Origin: Aeropyrum pernix K1
Lineage (GTDB): Archaea; Thermoproteota; Thermoprotei_A; Sulfolobales; Acidilobaceae
Assembly (NCBI RefSeq): GCF_000011125.1
Contig: NC_000854.2
Location: 1,290,001 to 1,322,000 of the forward strand
Direction: 5' to 3'
Length of the DNA stretch: 32,000 nt
Shown here: positions 27,792 through 32,000 of the stretch, piece after piece
Layout of the letters: each line of letters starts with the position of its first letter
Numbering within the stretch: the stretch's first letter is position 1
Program-made: the position numbers and the translations under genes
Notes under the pieces: generated by a model
The model's database searches: none
What the model was told of the DNA's origin: nothing
The model's input: only the letters and a program-made list of their open reading frames with translations

Positions 27792-29015
27792 GTGGGCTGG
27801 TGTGTATTGTACCTGACGAGGGAGGAGGAGAGGATTCTGGCCGGCGAGGAGGGCGAGGCTAGGGCGAAGGCGCTGGAGGTTATAGTGAAGGTCGGCGAGG
27901 CTGTCGGGGCCGAGAGGCTAATACCAATTAAACACGCCCACGTCTCCGGGGCAAGCTACATGACTATAGGGGATGCTGGCCTCCGCTTCCTAGCCAGACT
28001 GGCTGAGAGCGGGGCTAGGTTCAGCGTGCCAACCACAGTGAACCCCGTTAGCTACGACGTTGAAGAGCCCGGCGCTATCCCCATGACTCGTCTGAGCCCC
28101 AGGATCGTGAAGGCCCAGAGCGAGATACTAAAGGCTCTAGAAGCTATGGGCGCGGACTTGATACTGACGTGCACGCCCTACTACACCGAGGTCCCCCGGA
28201 GAGTAGGACTCAGAGAGGGGGATAGCGTGGCCTGGGGCGAGTCCAGCGCAGTGGCCTATGCAAACAGTGTTCTGGGCATACACACTAACCGCGAGGGGGG
28301 TCCCCTGGCACTGATGGCGGGCATAGCAGGGAGGACCTACTTCTACGGAGCCCACGATCCCGAGTGGAGGAAGCCTAGGGTGGCCTACAGGCTTGAAACG
28401 CCGAAGGTGCTTGACGAGACCGAGGCCGGGGTGCTCGGGGAGGTTATAGCGACGCAGCACAGGGACGAGCATCCCCCCCTCCTAGACGCCCCCCTGGGGG
28501 GTGAGGCGGCGCTCAAAGAGTTCTCCGCCGCCGTAGGCTCGGCTGGCAGCCTGGCGATGGTTCACATAACCGGGGTGACCCCCGGGGACCCTGGTGACAT
28601 GATTGAGGAGGTTGTGACTATGGACTACGGCGACCTGGCAAGGAGGATGGAGGACCTGGCTCCAGGCTTCGAACCCGACATCCTCTACGTTGGCTGCCCC
28701 CACGCCAGCATAGAGGAGCTTAGGAGGCTCTACAGGGCCCTCTCGAAGGCTGGGGAGAGGGCGGGGCGTAGGACCGTGGTCTCGATCTCGAGGAGCCTCT
28801 ACCTGCAAGCCCTCAGAGAGGGCCTGGTTGAGAAGCTAAAGGGGCTGGGTGTAAGGTTCGTGAGGGACTCCTGCCTCATAGTCAGCCCCTTCAGCAGCGG
28901 CGCCCGAGGGGTGAGGGTGGCTACCAACAGCTACAAGGCCTACTTCTACCTGTCGAAGAAGGGTGTAGAGGTGGGTCTGGCGCCTATAGAGGCTCTGCCA
29001 AAGCTGGTGTCGTAG
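27792..29015 (+). CDS. Aconitase X catalytic domain; predicted phosphomevalonate dehydratase large subunit
   Basis: LYLTREEERILAGEEGEARAKALEVIVKVGEAVGAERLIPIKHAHVSG, TCTPYY, GESSAVAYANSVLGIHTNREGGPLALMAGIAGR, YVGCPHASIEEL match the AcnX family. Confidence 0.9.
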   Translation: MGWCVLYLTREEERILAGEEGEARAKALEVIVKVGEAVGAERLIPIKHAHVSGASYMTIGDAGLRFLARLAESGARFSVPTTVNPVSYDVEEPGAIPMTRLSPRIVKAQSEILKALEAMGADLILTCTPYYTEVPRRVGLREGDSVAWGESSAVAYANSVLGIHTNREGGPLALMAGIAGRTYFYGAHDPEWRKPRVAYRLETPKVLDETEAGVLGEVIATQHRDEHPPLLDAPLGGEAALKEFSAAVGSAGSLAMVHITGVTPGDPGDMIEEVVTMDYGDLARRMEDLAPGFEPDILYVGCPHASIEELRRLYRALSKAGERAGRRTVVSISRSLYLQALREGLVEKLKGLGVRFVRDSCLIVSPFSSGARGVRVATNSYKAYFYLSKKGVEVGLAPIEALPKLVS

Positions 29016-29044
29016 AGCCGGCGCGGGAACTATGGTGGTGAGCG

Positions 29045-29443
29045 GTGGAGGTCCTCAGGTACAGGTCCAGGCCTATTGTTGGGGGGGAGGCGGAGGGGCC
29101 GGCGGTTGTTATAGATAGCCTCAGCTTCTACGGCGAGGTAGACCCGGAGACCGGGGTGACGAGCGGTGGAAAGCCGCTTGCAGGCAGGGTGGCGGCCATC
29201 AGGAGGAGCAGGGGTAGCACGGTGGGAAGCTACGTGATCTACGCCCTAAAGGAGAACGGCGTGGCACCGCTGGCCATACTCATGGAGAGGGCGGAGCCGA
29301 TAGTTATAGCCGGCTGCGTCCTAGCCGGTATACCTCTCTACGACGGCCTGCCGCCAGAGTTCTTCGAGAGGGTTAGGGACGGCTACAGGGTTAGGGTGCA
29401 TAGCGACGGGCTCGTCGAGGTCCTAGGCCCTGGCCAGCCCTAG
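29045..29443 (+). CDS. Aconitase X swivel domain; predicted phosphomevalonate dehydratase small subunit
   Basis: GEAEGPAVVIDSLSFYGEVDPETGVTSGGKPLAGRVAAIRRSRGSTVGSYVIYALKENGVAPLAILMERAEPIVIAGCVLAGIPL. Confidence 0.9.
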   Translation: MEVLRYRSRPIVGGEAEGPAVVIDSLSFYGEVDPETGVTSGGKPLAGRVAAIRRSRGSTVGSYVIYALKENGVAPLAILMERAEPIVIAGCVLAGIPLYDGLPPEFFERVRDGYRVRVHSDGLVEVLGPGQP

Positions 29444-30049
29444 GGCCTCGAAAACCCTCTCCGCTATCTCACCCTGCACATCCTCTATACCTCTCTCAAC
29501 CCCTCCCCTGACGCCCTCAACCCGTATAACCTTCACGCCCCTGGCTCTGGCAAGCCTCAGGACCTCCTCGTACATGCTTTTAACGCGTTCTAGAAACTCG
29601 GGTGTCTCGAAAACCTCCCTCCTCTCTCTGGCCGTTATCCTCCTCAGGGCCACCTCGGTCGGGACATCTATGTAGACGAGGATCTCCGCCTCCGGCGCCT
29701 TCCTGTTAACCGCGTCAACCCACTCCAACCCCGAGCCGACGCCCTGGTAGGCTAGGCTGCTGTACTTGTAACGGTCGACGACGAGGACCTCGGGGCTGCC
29801 GCCGCACCTCTCCACCACGCCTAGCCGGAGCCCCCACAGCCTGTCTGCAGCGAATAGCAGGGCCATCAAGTCGCTGTCCACACCCTCTGTACTCCTCAGG
29901 AACCCTCTTATCAGCCGGCCCACAGGCCCCTCCGTGGGCTCCTTCCAGAGGCAGGACTTGACTCCCGCGCCCGCAAGCCTGGCGTGGAGCAGCCTGGAGT
30001 GTGTGGAGACTCCGGAGCCGTCTATGCCCTCAAGGGCTACTATCCTCAT
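29423..30049 (-). CDS. tmk: Thymidylate kinase-like P-loop protein with non-canonical P-loop (GSGVST)
   Basis: RIVALEGIDGSGVSTHSRLLHARL, KEPTEGPVGRLIR, VLVVDRYKYSSLAYQG, YIDVPTEVALRRITARERREVFET. Confidence 0.82.
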   Translation of the reverse strand: MRIVALEGIDGSGVSTHSRLLHARLAGAGVKSCLWKEPTEGPVGRLIRGFLRSTEGVDSDLMALLFAADRLWGLRLGVVERCGGSPEVLVVDRYKYSSLAYQGVGSGLEWVDAVNRKAPEAEILVYIDVPTEVALRRITARERREVFETPEFLERVKSMYEEVLRLARARGVKVIRVEGVRGGVERGIEDVQGEIAERVFEALGLARA

Positions 30050-30080
30050 AACACCCCCGCCCCCGGCTACTCCTAGGCTG

Positions 30081-31043
30081 CTAGAAGATTGGGAGGTCCT
30101 CGGGGTTTCTATAGGCTATTGCGTAGGCCCCCATTACACCCTCGTTATCCCCGAAGCTCGCATCCACAACCTCTATCCTGGACGAGAAGGGGGCGTAGGC
30201 CGCTAGATGCCTCTCTATAAGCGGCCTGAGCATCCGCCTGTTGTTCAGGTAGACTGAGCCTCCTATTATGACTGCGTCGACGTCGTAGGCAGCCTTAACC
30301 GAGGCTATACCAGCGGCCGACGCCCTGGCTATATAGTCTATAACGTGGAGCGCGAAATCGTCGCCCACGGCGGCCGCCTCAAACACCTCCCTAGCGCTCC
30401 CCACCCTCCCCTCTAACGCCGCCCTGTACAGACTAGTCTCGGGACCCCTCCAGCCTCTGGCTAGAACCGAGGAGGTCCTCGGTATCCACCTCCCCCCCGC
30501 TATCGCCTCCCAATGACCCGTGCCGCCGCACCCGCACCTCCCGCCCTCCCAGCCCATGTCGACGACTATGTGGCCCACCTCGTGGGCGTTCCCCCGGGAG
30601 CCCAGTAGGAGCCTGCCGCCGACTACGAAGCCTCCTCCCACGCCGGTGCTCATGGTTATGTACCCCAGGTCGGGTGTGCCTGCCAATCTGCCCAGCAGAT
30701 ACTCGCCCCACGCCGCCGCTACTGCGTCGTTAGCAATGGCAACCTTTGACTTGGGGAACAGCCGCTTGAGTATAGTGCTTAGACGGACTATATGCGACTT
30801 GATATTCGGGCTGCCCACTATGTAGCCCCTCCGAAGGTCCAGGGGGCCTATTGAAGCGGCCCCCACTTTCTCGACCCGCCCCCTATCGATGCCTAGCCCC
30901 TCGGCAAGGCCCTGGAGAACACGCTCTAAACCTTCCTCGGTACCGGGGTTACGCTCTCTCTTGATAGCCTCTATAACCCCTCCCCTAACTATGGCCATCC
31001 TAACCCACGTGGCACCCACGTCTACAGCAACAACCTCCGCCAC
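30081..31043 (-). CDS. glk: ROK-family ATP-dependent glucokinase/hexokinase
   Basis: VVAVDVGATWVRMAIVRGG, YITMSTGVGGGFVVGGRLLLGSRGNAHEVGHIVVD, CGCGGTGHWEAIAGG; probable GTG start at 31043 (VAEVVAVDVG). The ORF track extends to 31211. Confidence 0.88.
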   Translation of the reverse strand: MAEVVAVDVGATWVRMAIVRGGVIEAIKRERNPGTEEGLERVLQGLAEGLGIDRGRVEKVGAASIGPLDLRRGYIVGSPNIKSHIVRLSTILKRLFPKSKVAIANDAVAAAWGEYLLGRLAGTPDLGYITMSTGVGGGFVVGGRLLLGSRGNAHEVGHIVVDMGWEGGRCGCGGTGHWEAIAGGRWIPRTSSVLARGWRGPETSLYRAALEGRVGSAREVFEAAAVGDDFALHVIDYIARASAAGIASVKAAYDVDAVIIGGSVYLNNRRMLRPLIERHLAAYAPFSSRIEVVDASFGDNEGVMGAYAIAYRNPEDLPIF

Positions 31044-31205
31044 GCCGCAACACCACCAATGTTTGTTTTGCCCGGAGATCTTTCGGGAGTAAAGCCTCTC
31101 CGCTAGGCCCCCCGGGACTCGCCGCAGCCAGCCATAGTATGTGGGGGGTCGGGTTTGTATAGGGAGGCGTTGTCTAGGGCGGTTGACCGTGTTAAATGGG
31201 CTCCT

Positions 31206-32000
31206 ATGCACGTTAGGCTGCTGGCTGTAGCCCTAAGTTTGGGGGCGCTTGAGGTCCTCACGCTGGGCACGTACAGGCTCGTCCTCGCGTCCTCGGCCCT
31301 GGCAACGGTTGTAGTTGTAGCCCGCTCTGGCATGCTCGGCGGTATCCTCGATTCTCTGAGGGGCCGTATGCATGGTGGAGGCGGGGAGGATGCGGGGGTT
31401 GGGGGCGTGAGGCTTATGGAGGTCAGGATAAGCCGGGGCGGCTTTGACGCCGCCTCCCAGGTCTCCAGGCTAATACTGTCCAGGTCTAGACAGTCTGGGT
31501 CGGAGTATATCGTGGCCTCCTCGGTGTACAGGGGCTATTCTAGGGTTGTTGTGGCGGTGGCAAACGACAGCCCTGAGGAGCTGAGGGTTGACTATGAAGT
31601 CCTATCGTCGATAATAGCGTCGAACGTGGCGGGAGTTCAGGTCATCCCTCTGGAGGCCGGCGAGGCCGGGGGGCTCGTGAGGAGGCTCTCAAAGCTTCTG
31701 GGCGTCAGAGGCTCCACGCCACCCCTCATACCGCCTCCAAGCCGGGCGGCCCCTCCAGCCGGTGGAGCCGGGCTTCTCAGGCTGGGCGTGAGGCTCGACA
31801 CGCCCACCCCCGAGCCCTTGTACCTTGAGCAGAGCGATATCGAGGGGCATATAGGCGTCTTCGGCAGTACTGGCAGCGGGAAGACCACAACCCTCGCAAC
31901 AATAGCCTGCGGCGCGGCAGAGGCGGGCCTACCAGTCGTGGTGGCTGACTGGCACGGGGAGTACCAGCGCCTAGTAGGGGGCGGGGGTTGCAGGCCTCGG
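31206..32000 (+). CDS. HerA-like P-loop ATPase with N-terminal membrane anchor (3' truncated by window edge)
   Basis: Frame open from ATG 31206 to the edge; DIEGHIGVFGSTGSGKTTTLATIACGAAEAGLPVVVADWHGEYQRL (Walker A and B). Not in the supplied track because no stop falls in the window. Confidence 0.82.
   Translation, partial: MHVRLLAVALSLGALEVLTLGTYRLVLASSALATVVVVARSGMLGGILDSLRGRMHGGGGEDAGVGGVRLMEVRISRGGFDAASQVSRLILSRSRQSGSEYIVASSVYRGYSRVVVAVANDSPEELRVDYEVLSSIIASNVAGVQVIPLEAGEAGGLVRRLSKLLGVRGSTPPLIPPPSRAAPPAGGAGLLRLGVRLDTPTPEPLYLEQSDIEGHIGVFGSTGSGKTTTLATIACGAAEAGLPVVVADWHGEYQRLVGGGGCRPR

Noticed and set aside
31044-31211. N-terminal extension MHRSPFNTVNRPRQRLPIQ... of the ROK kinase
   Set aside because: Extension is not protein-like and covers the divergent promoter region; GTG at 31043 gives a normal ROK N-terminus.

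Overview
This window looks like crenarchaeal core chromosome, most likely Aeropyrum (A. pernix or a close relative). That assignment rests on recalled similarity of TyrRS, NrdJ, thermosome and ROK glucokinase; no search was run. It is gene-dense, with many 4-37 bp overlaps between genes. I saw no CRISPR array, transposon or prophage. The main biological content is the three modified (archaeal) mevalonate pathway genes: a UbiD-like decarboxylase (21872-23185) and the two aconitase-X subunits of phosphomevalonate dehydratase (27792-29015 and 29045-29443). The pathway is published for A. pernix, so it is notable but not new. Less described items are: (1) a phosphoribosyltransferase with an N-terminal MoaD/ThiS-like beta-grasp domain that keeps an internal '..LPVTHGG' diglycine; (2) a GG-terminated sulfur-carrier protein beside a TtuA/NcsA-type tRNA thiolase; (3) a thymidylate kinase-like protein whose P-loop reads GSGVST, without the Walker A lysine; (4) a stand-alone Cas4/PD-(D/E)XK-like protein with a degenerate active site but apparently intact FeS cysteines; (5) an orphan RuvC/RNase H-fold-like protein coupled to the UbiD-like gene; (6) a long AT-rich nrdJ leader with two inverted repeats; (7) an unannotated promoter plus structured GC-rich element between thyX and a glycosyltransferase. 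One tRNA-Leu(CAG) with encoded CCA is on the minus strand. A HerA-like ATPase runs off the right edge.
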